From a virus (taxonomy: Duplodnaviria > Caudoviricetes): 64,000 nucleotides of DNA. Below are positions 63,634-64,000 of this stretch, one piece after another. The first letter of the stretch is position 1. Every line of letters starts with the position of its first letter. The stretch lies in the IMG/VR virus record IMGVR_UViG_3300046490_000096, positions 1-64,000 of that record; one strand, given 5' to 3'. The notes below the pieces were generated by a model. It was not told where the DNA came from, made no database searches, and worked only from the letters and a program-made list of their open reading frames with translations. The position numbers and the translations under genes were made by a program.

Positions 63634-63658
63634 CAGCCTTGCTCCTTTGCTGGCGCCA

Positions 63659-63796
63659 TCACGGCGTCACCGATTCCGCCGGGATGATCCAGTTGTTCGG
63701 GCAATCGTGCAGGTACGTCGGCGGATACAGCCTCTCTCCACACGCAGCGCAATGATGTTTTTGATGGTCGCATTTTAGGCATCCTCCCGTCGTCAT
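63659..63796 (-). CDS. Small Cys/His-rich protein
   Basis: MTTGGCLKCDH..CAACG..HDC. Confidence 0.4.
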   Translation of the reverse strand: MTTGGCLKCDHQKHHCAACGERLYPPTYLHDCPNNWIIPAESVTP

Positions 63797-64000
63797 TTCG
63801 GCGCCACATCCGAGGCAGTGACCTAGACAGTCCGAGGTTGCCATTACGCCACCACCGTCCAGACAATCGCGCCCTCTACGTGCCGGTACGCCCGACGCGC
63901 GCAGAGCCAGTACGTGACCAGCCCGGCGAGAAGCAGCGGCGGGAGGGCGATGAATTGGAGGTAGGCGCGCATTAGCTCACCCTCCCGCTCTGTCTAGCCA

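Noticed and set aside
1-64000. tRNA genes, integrase/att sites, or interpretation as a tailocin/eCIS
   Set aside because: No tRNA cloverleaf or integrase recognised by eye. Portal, scaffold, capsid and terminase show a genuine phage rather than a headless injection system.

Overview
The window is about 64 kb of a GC-rich tailed-phage (myovirus-type) genome, phage or prophage; no integrase, polymerase or helicase is visible here. Almost all real genes are on the minus strand. In transcription order, from 64 kb toward 1, it contains: (i) a middle/early region of many small overlapping ORFs, including a TSCPD-domain protein, a Mom-like GNAT, an RyR-domain protein, SSB, a DUF6948 plus Gly-repeat pair, a holin-like/lipoprotein/papain-protease operon, RusA, an SOD-fold/metallopeptidase fusion, ASCH and an XRE regulator; (ii) a plus-strand basic peptide/PAPS-reductase/ParB operon; (iii) the head module of portal, HNH, head-morphogenesis protein, small peptides, scaffold and major capsid protein; (iv) neck, sheath, tube, frameshifted chaperone, tape measure and baseplate; (v) several tail-fibre/adhesin-like genes, some with export signals; (vi) a lysis cassette ending in an amidase cut by the window edge. 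GTGG-linker and Cys-rich DGG lipoproteins suggest a myxobacterial (Myxococcota) host; this is inference. The most striking observations are a terminase large subunit split into separate ATPase and nuclease genes about 10.5 kb apart, a degenerate Fe/Mn-SOD carrying an inserted HExxH peptidase, a highly structured ~330-nt intergenic RNA after the capsid gene, three families of repeated regulatory DNA motifs, and motif-sharing small peptides in the head module. All family assignments come from motif recognition by eye, not database searches.
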